From contig CAVNZM010000007.1 in NCBI GenBank assembly GCA_963693365.1, forward strand, positions 10,289,962-10,353,961: 64,000 nt of DNA. Reading direction: 5' to 3'. Shown here one piece after another: positions 1 through 47,119 of the stretch. The notes beneath the pieces were generated by a model, which did no database searches, was not told the origin of the DNA, and saw only the letters and a program-made list of their open reading frames with translations. Every line of letters starts with the position of its first letter. Position 1 is the first letter of the stretch. Position numbers and translations under genes: made by a program. Source of the stretch: Amoebidium appalachense (Eukaryota; Protista; Ichthyosporea).

Positions 1-31
1 GTGTGATGTTGGGCGATGTGTGCGTGTGTGA

Positions 32-80
<49 letters not shown>

Positions 81-84
81 CGTG

Positions 85-115
<31 letters not shown>

Positions 116-506
116 TGTGCGTGTGGGTGTGTGTGTGGGTGGGTAGGTGTGTGTGTGTGTGTGTGCGTGTGTGTGTGCGCGCGCGCACGCACGTGCATGT
201 GTGTGCGCGCGCGCACGCACGTGCATGTGTGTGCGCGTGCGTGTGTGCGTGTGGGTGTGTGTGTATGTGTGTGTGTGCATGCACAAGTGCATGTTTGCAT
301 GTGTTTTGTGCATGCATGCATGCCATATGTGCACGTGAGCAAGGGGATCAGGTGATTTTGGGAAGCTATACGCAAGGGTTTCAGAACGTGATTGGAGTGT
401 TCGAAAATACCGAACAGCTTCACCGGTATGACAGCTCGTGCCGCTTCATTCCCCAGGGGGGGGGGGGGGGGGGTTGGATGGGGGGGGGAGAGCAAGGGAC
501 ACATAC

Positions 507-24304
<23,798 letters not shown>

Positions 24305-25334
24305 GTTTAGATGGTGTGTCGGTCCTTGCCCGAACCACAGCGAAGCCTGCGTAAAGGACAAGCTTTCAGACACAGCCCACAGTCCAAATGACACCCACTA
24401 AGCACCACGAACATGAGCATACAGGCACAAGACATTCCTTGCAGCACAGCAAGTCCACGCTTTGTCTGAACCACAGTTGACTTAAGACACGTCACCCACG
24501 TTATGCCACCGTATGCTAGCTGCATGGAAGAGGAGGTGTTAGGGGCAAGGCCACAAGTGGGCGGCAGAGGAAGAGGGGGGGAAGGGGGGGAGGGGGGGGG
24601 AGGGGGCCGGGGGGCCGGGGGGGGGAGGGGGGGGGGGGGGGGGGAGTAACCTTTGCCGACCGTACTCGAGCTCACTCTCAACAGAGACTGCTCATCCTCA
24701 GACGCCCCACAAAATTATAAAAGTTGCACTCCGGATAGCTTTCAGGAATACTGTGTGTCAACTATGACGTGCTGGTACGTGTGAGCGATATTTAGGGTTC
24801 TGTGCTGTTCTTGGGCTTCGAAGATCTAAGCAGGCACTAAGCTGACGAGTGCACGTACATCTGGCATAGGAAATAAATACGGTTGCCGTTTTCAGATGAC
24901 GCAAGAAAGCGAATAGCGGGGAAAGCTCAGACAAAAGTATAATATCGTGTGTATGTTACAGCTACGGGTAGCTACTTATTTACACAGGCGTCGTTACTAT
25001 AGCCGCAGTGTGTGGCCTTTCAGCCCGTTATCTTTACGCGTTTGCCCCTGCCTCAACTCGAGCTCGCGAGGCCGTGGGACTCCGAGCGGCGAGTCAGCAG
25101 ATCGCGATCCTGAGGTCGGATCGTGCGATTAGGAAGGACTTCGGAGGTTTCAAACCCTGGATAGACAGCCACAGGTCGCGCCGTAGTGCTTTCTATTAAC
25201 ATAATCGGCGCAAACACCTATCACGCAGCATTATAGTAGAAGATACTTTATGTGTAGGGCACTTGTATATGGTAGCGAGAGTATGATGTATTGAATATAG
25301 ACGGAACGGGTTATAGTGTTGCCAAGCGAGGCGT

Positions 25335-25385
25335 TCGCTGATTGGTCCAGCCAAATGCAATATACGTGTAAACCAATCAGCGTAG
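25335..25385. promoter_or_regulatory. Paired CCAAT boxes, probable formin promoter region
   Basis: gattgg and ccaatc motifs in non-repetitive DNA upstream of a probable 5'-UTR exon (~24650-25100); position inferred, no transcript data. Confidence 0.35.
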
Positions 25386-26180
25386 CTTTTTGTACACATT
25401 CTAAATTAGGAAGGTATTTTCACCATAATTCAGCTAATATTTCATTCACTGAAGAAAAACTGTGTGCATGCGGGCTTGTCATCTTTGTAAAGCCCTTGTA
25501 GGTCCCAGAATTCAAGTACTACATACACGGAGGGGTAAAAAAAAGGAAAGGTTAGAAAGCTACAGCTGAAATATTGCGCTGGATAATGAAAGAGTGCCAC
25601 ATCAATTAAAGTTAACGTTAGCCTCCTGTACCAGTGGTGCTTTAGAAAACCACCAATCAAAACGGTTTCTCCTGATTGTCCCACAATCAAACACCAAATC
25701 CACTTTCCGGGCCCATATATATCCCCTGCCCGCCCTCTCTGTCGTGGGCCAGTTTCGCAGCTGGCTGTGACCCGAGCGGGCACTTGGAGTGGGGCGGGTG
25801 CCGGCCATCTCCGCTCGACCGTCCCAGCGAAGGCCGCACTGGCCATTGGGCGCCCGGAGGAGTCTGGGCGTTCTAGGGCCCTGGGCAAGCGCGCACTGCG
25901 TCAGGCGGGAAACCGAACAGCGAGAAGCGCTGCGTGTGATTAGTCGCGGGACCGCGGTCGCGAACAGTGCCGGTGGCTCCACCCTCTCCTTACCTTTTGC
26001 CTTTTTTTCTACCTCTATGATAGGTAGGGGTACTCCATCTAGGCTACCTTTTGCCATCTTTGTGACCTCTAGGTGCTCCCATGTACTCTTTATGCCTCGT
26101 GCCGCTTTTCCCTTTCTACTCTATTAGCTACTCTATTGTCTATGTATGAATTCCTTTTATCTTTTTTTTTTTTTTATTCT

Positions 26181-26211
<31 letters not shown>

Positions 26212-26329
26212 ACTTCCAACGAGATAATCTGGGATATAAATACACTGTCGCCGTCACCGTGCCCGGCCCCTAGCACCATGTAAGTGCTTACAAGAGGAGG
26301 TCCGGGCTCAGCAGAAAAAGTGGCACAAA

Positions 26330-27270
26330 CATTTTATATTTAATAGGAAAACAAGGAAAAGGTTACAACACCAAAACAAACATTTCCAAGCAATATCACA
26401 AGACGGGGTTAAAATTGCAGAATTAGTTAGTGTGGTAGGTTTACGGGATGAATGGTTAATATATAAGTAGCTAACTTAGTAATTTGCACAACGGCTGCAG
26501 AGGGCATGTAATGTCGAAAGAGTTACAGGCTTAAGAGTCCTACCATGGTGTTCCCTATGTATCACTACGATGAATTCGAACCAAGGGATGTTGAGTACGA
26601 AATTGGGTAACATACTCCTGATATATAGTGGAAGAGAAAAATAAAGGAGATATATCATATGATATAAAGGGATTCTCAGAATGGGAGATAGAGTGGGTAT
26701 ATATGGGACATTTCGAACGTGCATTATAGTAAATAGAAATAGGGACAGGTTCTAAAGGAGGCAAGTATTGCAACAAGGGTTGATGCGAAGGAAGCCTAGC
26801 CAAAAGAAGCAATGATAAGCAAATTAGCAGGATGAAGATCAGAAATATCTGCAAAAATTCCTTGGTAAACATCTAGGCGACCGTGCGCACGGGAAATGTG
26901 CAAGGTCAAAATTCGTTCAAACCAAATACCCTTGGAGGTGAAAGGAATAACTTAACAGCCATAGGAGGACACGACGAGTATGGGTTGATAATTCACGGTG
27001 TAGTGTGGATCGCGAGAAAATGTGCCACATTTGTCTATCCCAATTTTCATGAAATTTTGAATTTTGGAAACACCAATTATCAACTCGAGAAAGCATGTTA
27101 TACATTATAGAAGGATCGTGAGTGACTAACACAATATCATCGGCGAAAAAAAAAGCCCGAAGACACAGGAATCGTCGGTAGCCGGAATTTGTTGAATTTC
27201 TACCACTGAGTTATCATTGAAGACATCAAAAAGAAGAGGGCTCAAAAAGGGAGCCCTACAAACTTGCCCT
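26330..27270 (-). pseudogene. Decayed, 5'-truncated non-LTR retrotransposon (LINE) reverse transcriptase
   Basis: Minus-strand translation across frameshifts: GS.LSPLLFDVF..GLF.FADDIVLVTHD..MLSRVDNWCFQN/MKIGIDKCG..VVSSYGC*VIPF, i.e. RT motifs LSPLLF, [Y/F]ADD, KC and thumb; downstream LCSRC Cys motif; stops and frameshifts present. Confidence 0.85.
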
Positions 27271-28889
27271 ACAAACTTAACGGCCTAGAGTACAACTAAT
27301 CCTATACTCAGCACTCCATTCACAACAGCAGCCCCATGAGTACGGTCAATTCTTGCCTGAAGTAACCGACCGTAAGGAAGTGGGAATCCTCGAGTCGCCA
27401 GCTTAGGGATTCCTGTTTTTGAAACAGAGAGGGGGGTGGTAGTAACTGGGGGGGGGGGGGGGGGGGGAGGGAGGGGGACCCACCCACCCCTTTGGACAGG
27501 TGGGTCCCCCCGTCCTCCCCCCTCCCCCCGGAGGGGGCGGGAGGAGGGGAAGGGACTCACCCACCCCTCCGGCTAGCAGGGGGAGAGGAGGGGGGGGGAC
27601 CCACCACCCACCTGAGTAGTGGGTACCCCCCCTCAGGGGAGGGGGAGGGGGGGGGGGGGGAAGGGGACCCACCCACCCCATAGGCTGCCATTATGTGACC
27701 ACATCAGATAACCTGATCATATAATAGTACTATAATTTAGCAGCGATTTACACACAATCCCAAAACGTAGGCATTGATGCTAACCAATAGGGGTTCTTGA
27801 TCACCTAAAGCTCAGACTATATGTCGTCAGGTCATACTGCCCACCTTCCCCCCTCCCCCTCCCCCTCCCCCTCCCCCCCTCCCCCCGGGCCCCTGTCCCC
27901 CTTCCCCACTCCCCATCCCCCCCCCCCCCCCCCCCCCCCCCCGCGCCCGCGCGCCCCCCCGTCCCCCCCTTTTCCCCCTTCGCATTCGTCTCCAGTCGCC
28001 CCACCACGCGTGCACACACACACACACACTTTCACGCGTATTTTATTCACGTGACCTGCACATGCATGTACTACCCATGCACACGAGGTGCACAAACCGT
28101 TCAGTGACTGGCGATGAGCCATCAACACACACATGAGCATGCAGATACGCTCACCCACACCACACACACATACATGCCCTGCCACACCGATACGCACACG
28201 AACACTGCAACCTTTGTACGGTGGGCACAGTAACTTTGCGTGACATAGTAACCATGGCATGTGCATGTGTGTGTGCATGTGTGTGTGTGTGTGTGTGTGT
28301 GTTGTTGTGTGTGCGTTACGGCGTGTATGTTATACTACGAGGCATATAGTACACATTTGCAGCGGACAACACAAAGCAGACCTTGCATAGAACACACAAA
28401 GAATATGCATCCGGCAGAAAAATAGCACCAGCACAAACGGGTGGGAAGTGTGTGTTTGTGTGTGTGGGGGGGGGGGGGGGGGGGGGGGGAGAAGGGGGGG
28501 GGGGGGGGAGGAGGGGGGAGGGGGGGAGGGGGGAGATATTCATCAGTGACCCGAACTGAATCAGTTCCTCAAAAAAAAAAAAAAAAAAAAAAGGTAATAA
28601 TTGGAAGTAATAGAAATACACGTCATAAGAGAAAATATTCTTTTTTATGAATTTACAGGATAAAAGATTTAATAGAATTATAAAAGGGAATGATAAAGAT
28701 TGCTCCGTGATTTAGATCACTAAGACGTTATTTTGAGGGCGAAATAGCGCTTTATCGGACCTTGTGTATTTAGGGATACACAAGATTTGTTTAACTTTTA
28801 AAATTTAATACGCCGAATACATGGACAATTTTGGTGGGTGGAAAAGAGACAGTCTAACTCTGGCCATGATCACGTGCAACCGTGCCGGG

Positions 28890-28924
<35 letters not shown>

Positions 28925-29718
28925 CGAGGGGGGGGGGCGAGGGGGGGCCACCATCCCGCTTGCCCAGATGAATCCCTCTCCCCCGGATGGGGGGGGGGGG
29001 GGGGAGGGGGGGGGGTTCCCACCCACCCCTGCAGCTACCTTGGAGAGTGTGTGTGTGTGGGGGGGGGAGGGGAGGGGGAAGGCCCCCAGAGGGGATAGGT
29101 CACCCTCCCACACCCCCCGTCACCCCCGAGGGGGGGGGAGAGGGGAGGGGGGGGGGGGGGGGGTAACCACTAGGGGGGACGTTGATATTTACTACTTCCC
29201 CCCCACATTTCAAATTTTGATATCATAGTATGCCAAAGCAAATTCGTCGGCACGGGTGTCATGGGTATTCTTAAGGTCTATGAAACAGACCTCACCGCAT
29301 CCGGAACGGATAGACAAAGTGTAGTGTAACCGAAGAGCATGAAATTCTTAAAGGTCGATTCTATTTTCCATTTATTTTACTGCTTAACCCCCTCCCCCCC
29401 TCCCCCCCCGCCCCCCCCCCCCCCTCCCCTTATTGCCACTTTGCCTATGTACCCCTGCTTTTCTGCAGCTGCTGCATACATTGCAATAGAATGGCCTAGG
29501 GTCAGCCCCGTTGTCACTCAGCAAAATCCAATAAATCAATGACCTTCTTCTATGCAATATTACGCAATATTCATTAATACCAAGTGGGGCTTGTTGATTT
29601 TTAAACGGGGAGGGGGGCAGCCTATGGGATGGGGGAGAGGTCCCCCCCCTCCCCCCCCCCCCCCCGAAGTCTGAAAGGTAGGTCCATTCCCGGAAGGGGG
29701 GGGGGGGGGGGGGGGGAG

Positions 29719-30042
29719 GCGTGCATGCGCAGACGATGCATATTATGAAGTTCGAGGATAGTAGCCTACTAGATGTCTTGTGTCGAGCTCTTTTAAGGAA
29801 ATTTCCAGAATATCCCGTTTATCGTTAATCTACAGCGTCGGGCAGGTGCCCTGCATATTATATATCTACTTGGGGGGGAGGGGGAGGGGGGGGGGGGGGA
29901 GGGGGGTGGGGAGGGGGGGGGAGCGTGCATGCGCAGACGATGCATATTATGAAGTTCGAGGATATTAGCCTACTAGATGTCTTGTGTCGAGCTCTTTTAA
30001 GGAAATTTCCAGAATTTCCCGTTCATCGTTAATCTACAGCGT
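29719..30042. repeat. Direct duplication of a ~120-bp unique segment, each copy preceded by a G-run
   Basis: gcgtgcatgcgcagacgatg...ttaatctacagcgtc at 29719-29839 and 29922-30042, about three mismatches. Confidence 0.9.
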
Positions 30043-30095
30043 CTACTGTAGGTGTTATGTAGGTGTCTGGGCGTGCACCTTCACATGTTAGTAGG

Positions 30096-30144
<49 letters not shown>

Positions 30145-31197
30145 TGAGGTGAGGGGCCTCGTAACCATTGGAAATTTCCATCATTCTCGACCATCCTTAG
30201 GCATCCTAGCTATTATTCCCATGGAACTTTCGACCTGTCATTTTCCATGGAAATTCCAACTTTGCTTGAGTCCTCGGGTGCGAAATAGAAATTTTTAATA
30301 AGCAACGTCCCCATCAACCATTAAAAGGTTGATATTTAAGCAAATATTTTTGATTAGCCATGGAAATTTCCGGAAGATTAAAGAATTATTTCCATTGGTC
30401 GCAACATCTGTTTGAGCAATTTTGTGATTTTGGACTGTGGAAATTCACAGTAGTGTGAAATGCCGGAACATTTCCGGAGTTAGGAGATTATACGGAAAAA
30501 TCCCCACACAAGTACACCGTACTGTGAAAAGATGGTGCACAGCAACATGCACAGGCACCAACATACACTTGTACGGTTTAGGGGTTGGGGGAGGCGGGGG
30601 GAGGGGGGGAGGGGCAGGGAGAAGTGGGAGAGAGAAAGTGAGAGGGGGTGTGAGAGAGGCAGAGAAACATGCGCATACAACATCATCCACCCTCTGAGTC
30701 TTCAGCTGCAGCACCCAAAATAAGGCAAACAGTTTACTTAGTAGCTAGCAGATATTCCTGACATACTACAAGGGCATGGCCCCCTTGTATGTGTTGCAAC
30801 ATCCAAATGGTGTTTGGGGCCATTAGCTGCCACCAGCTATTCTATATATATTTACATCAAAAATACCTATGACCCACACTGATATAACAAGTCCCAGAAT
30901 CTGACATATCAAGGGCTAATAGGCTGAGCAGCAAGCAGCTATCCCATTACACCAGAAAAGGGATATTACACATAGTTTGCCCATCTTCTAGGCTAAAAGA
31001 AGCTTCAGGGCAGAGATTGCGCATCACAAGCCAGAGTTAATCAACATAACAAGCTTACATACACTAGTGTCTAGTGGATAGAATCATTTGCATGGCTAGT
31101 TTTGGCACGATAAGCTAAGTCAGTGATAGCGTGTGCAGCGTAAAATCTAATGCCATGCATTACTACTACTACTACTCACTAATAACTTATTCCAGTC

Positions 31198-31244
<47 letters not shown>

Positions 31245-31468
31245 CCGCCGAAAAAAAAAAAATGGGAATAAGAGGAAGAAGAAAAAGAAAAAAAAGGGCT
31301 TATAAGTAGTTGAAAGAAAGGTCTCGAAGAGGAGCAGAAGAAAACACAAAAGGAACAGGGAGAGAAAACAACTTTTCGCCTACACCACCGCATTCTTTTC
31401 AATTCATATTGCATCCATACGCCCACGGCTACTTAGGCTACGTGTATAATAATCAGGCAGACACATAC

Positions 31469-31939
31469 CACTATGGGGTGTTAAAAGGCGTATGTCCATG
31501 ATGCGACATAAGGAAGGACGATGAGCCACTTTTACCTGATTGGTTGGAATCATGGCAGCCGTGGCGACACAAAGGGCCATACATACATTCGCGAATTCCT
31601 GGTGCAGTTGTGTTCTCTAAAAGTTTGGTGAGCGGTTGAGACAAAGCGAAAACAAGGAGGACATTGAAGTCCAGCATGCAGGCAAACACAGCGTTTGCCA
31701 ATTTCACGATCCTAATAATAATAATAATAAACGATTCGCGTCAAAAAAAGACGTACAGTCACGTACTCTCGCCGCGCACGCACTGGCGCCTGCGCCAAAT
31801 TTTTAATGCGTTGTGTCGGGTATTTTGAATGGCCAATGCAGCACCGTGGAAGCATTGATTCCAACCAATCAGGTAAACGTGGCTCATCGTCCTTCCTAAT
31901 GTCGCATCATGGACATACGCCTCTTAACACCCCATAGTG
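31469..31939. mobile_element. MITE with ~85-bp terminal inverted repeats starting CACTATG (Transib- or CACTA-like)
   Basis: cactatggggtgttaaaaggcgtatgtccatgatgcgacat.. at the left, its reverse complement ..atgtcgcatcatggacatacgcctcttaacaccccatagtg at the right; no ORF; no clear TSD. Confidence 0.85.
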
Positions 31940-32113
31940 CCCCTCCATTCATACGATGATAACACATTCGTGCATGTGATGGACACAGGCCTAGGCCCGT
32001 CATCCACATTCAAAACCGCCGCCTGCAGAAAGAATGTGCAAAGTCAGCATGCTATTGCCGCCAAACACCCCCCTCCCCCCCCCCCCCCAGTGCCGCGAGG
32101 GGGAGGGGGTAGT

Positions 32114-32146
<33 letters not shown>

Positions 32147-32498
32147 GGGAGGGAAAGAAAGGAAAAAGAAAAGAAAGGAAACTACAGCACAGACACAAGC
32201 ACACGCACGAGCACTGTCAGCTCAAAAAGTTGATAAGCTTTTTCATCAACAGTATGCAACAGGAACACAGCCTCAAACCAAAGGTTTTGGTCACTGAAAG
32301 GGAATTGGGACAGCCACCACAAGCAAAAGGAAATGTAGCCTCTACAGGCCAAAGGCTAAACATTGCAGTGAACATCCGAAGGGGAGCAACCCATGTGTCT
32401 TGCCAGCATGTGTGGGCGTGCACACATTGATGGTTGTGTGTTGTGTTGTGTCTGTGTGCATGTGCCCCTTGGTACATGTGCACATAGAAGCAGCATAC

Positions 32499-44753
<12,255 letters not shown>

Positions 44754-45644
44754 GGCAGCAGGCGAAGCGAAGCGAGGCCGATGTTTAGTGGGCTGCTTGG
44801 CCACTGTGTGGGGCACAGCACCAAGCATAGTGTGTGGCACTGGGGCTGCCAATCCTGCCATACGCAGAAACCTTGTAACTTCCTCGATAGTACAGTAGTG
44901 CAAGACACACTACGTTTGCGCACTTTCGTTCCTGACTGAACGTTAGGTTGGGTGGCTCACCGAATTTATTCAGCCAATAGCAGAGTGAGTCTGGATGATT
45001 GAAGAGGGAGCCTTCCAAATACAGAAGGCTACGTGTTTACAGAACGTCGGACCGAGTTTGAGGGCCAGAGTGAGGCCGACCCTTCAAGTCGAACAAGTTG
45101 CGTAGCCGTGTTATTCATATGCACATGCCACATGACCTTGGCCCGGTTCACCGAGCACACTATTTCAATATGTAAGATTCACCGTTAACGTCATATGATA
45201 ATGATCACGATGAGGACGCCATGTTTGACCGTCATATTAATATGGCATCAACGCCTGCTGGGGCTGACACCTAACATTTGTAATACCATGTGGCAACACT
45301 GAATTTTACTTCTGAGGTTGTTATCTGTGACCTGCACAGACCGGTACCAACGTCTTGCCTCTCTGGTTGACTTGATAGTAGGCTATATCATAATATCCAC
45401 ATTCAGATTCATGCTGCATATTAATCAAGGTCTATCGCGATCGAAACTTAAAACTTCAAGTAGTATAGATGGCCCCATGGTTTGGGTTAGTCAACCCAAT
45501 ATTTTCCTGACAGTAAATTGTATCATCTTATCATACTATTTCACTTGCAGGTTATTCACTTAATCTAACTCACCACATACATGCGGATTCAACATAGTCT
45601 AAAACATCATAGATCACATTTCACATCATCCAACAAAAGCACAC

Positions 45645-47119
45645 TTACATATATGGAAAGGTGGAGAGCGAGTGCACCTGGTTTGAGCCAGGCAGGTGGC
45701 TGCCCAGGTGGGGGCAGGAGGGCACGGTGTGCAGGTGTGCGGTGGCCACAGCCCTGTGCAGGTGGGGCATGGCCAGCAGCAGCTCGTGGTGCAACATGGG
45801 CCGCAGCAGCGGCAGCCGGGAGCTGCTCACATAGTCCACCTGGGAGACGCTGGTGCCAAACAGGTAGGCCAGGTGGCTGGCGCTGTAGCCCAGCCCCGTG
45901 CGTATGATGGTCAGCAGCACGTCATCTTGCCACCGCAGTGCCGTGGGCACCGGCCCGCCTGCCCACAGGTGGGTGGGGGCCAGGCCCAGGTCCTGGGCAC
46001 CCTGCTGGGCATAAGCCGAGAGAAATGCCTGCAGCTGTGCCCACGTCAGCCCCGTGTACTCGATGCTGCGTCGGTCGTTGCCGGCCAGCAAATCCACACT
46101 GAGGCGCCGTATGAACCCCCCCGGGGCCTGCATCTGCAAATTGGCCGCCAGCATCTGGGCCTCGGCCAGCTGCCCGGCCAGCACCTGCAGCTGGCGCCGT
46201 TGTTGGTCCACCAGTTGGCTTAGCTGCCGCATTCGACCATCCCCGAGGTCAAACGATCTGCTGCCGTACCCCCTATTCATGGTTGCTGGCGGCAGAGGCT
46301 CCAGACCACACGACAGGTCGGCCACACCAGTGCCCTGCAGGGTGTCTGCGCCCCCCAGCGACTGCAGCGTCATAGGCTGGGCCAGGTGCATCATGGAGGC
46401 CGGCTGCAGGGAATATGACAGCGTGTTGCTTGAGACCGCCTGCAGGGGGGTTGGTCGAGGTCCAGCACCGGAGACAGGCTGTATGATGGCTGCTTGGGGA
46501 CGGTATTGCCATTGTAGAGCAGGGACGACAGCGACGGTGTGTCGTTGGTAAGTGACATGATCCGCCCGGAGGCAGCCGATGACTGTGCCATGCCGAAAGA
46601 CGTGTTTGTGCTTATTGCGGGGTCGGGGCTGGGCTGGGAGGAGGTTCGCCTCAGCTGCCCCACTGCTGCAGCAGGCTGGGCGGAAGACCCCCTCTTACTG
46701 CCAGCTTCTATGGAAAACGGGGTGCCCAGATCAAAAAGGGCCCCAAAGTCCTGCTCCCTCATACCGTTTGGTGCTTCCGTGCTGGCCCCCATAGGCGGTG
46801 TGCTGGACGGTGGTGAAGCTGTGGCCCCGGACTTGCGCCGCTTCACCCATGAATCTGGTGCGCCCTGTGACCTGTCGACCAGAGGACTTGGGGCAGCCTC
46901 TGCAGGTGGCGTGGAGAGCTTCTTTTTCAGCCGCTCGGCCAGCAGTGCCAAGGCCGGGCGCTTTGCCGTGGACCCACCTAGTGTGTCGTCCTTGTCTGCG
47001 CCGTCCAGCATCATGGCCACTCCCTCCCCAACCGTACACAGGTGACTGTTGGGCGACTCGTGTGTGTCAGCCATGATAATGTTGGCCTTGCTCTCACGGG
47101 GCGTCATACTCAGGGCCAC
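45645..47119 (-). CDS. Intronless ~490-aa reading frame (one frameshift at the G6 run 46445-46450) with coiled coil and HTH_Tnp_4-like domain of PIF/Harbinger/ISL2EU transposases; no DDE domain
   Basis: YTGLTWAQLQAFL...LRWQDDVLLTIIRTGLGYSASHLAYLFGTSVSQV fits the YTGL..F..L..D.LLL.L..LR.G....LA..FG.S.STV pattern; the two listed ORFs join as DLDQPP/LQAVSSNT if the C run is 7 rather than 6. Start codon uncertain. Confidence 0.65.

Noticed and set aside
331-450. A further formin exon near the left edge
   Set aside because: The candidate acceptor gives an early stop and no FH2 similarity; the next exon is probably outside the window.
26555-26872. 105-aa ORF with a transmembrane-like stretch
   Set aside because: Largely an alternative frame of the T-rich LINE remnant.
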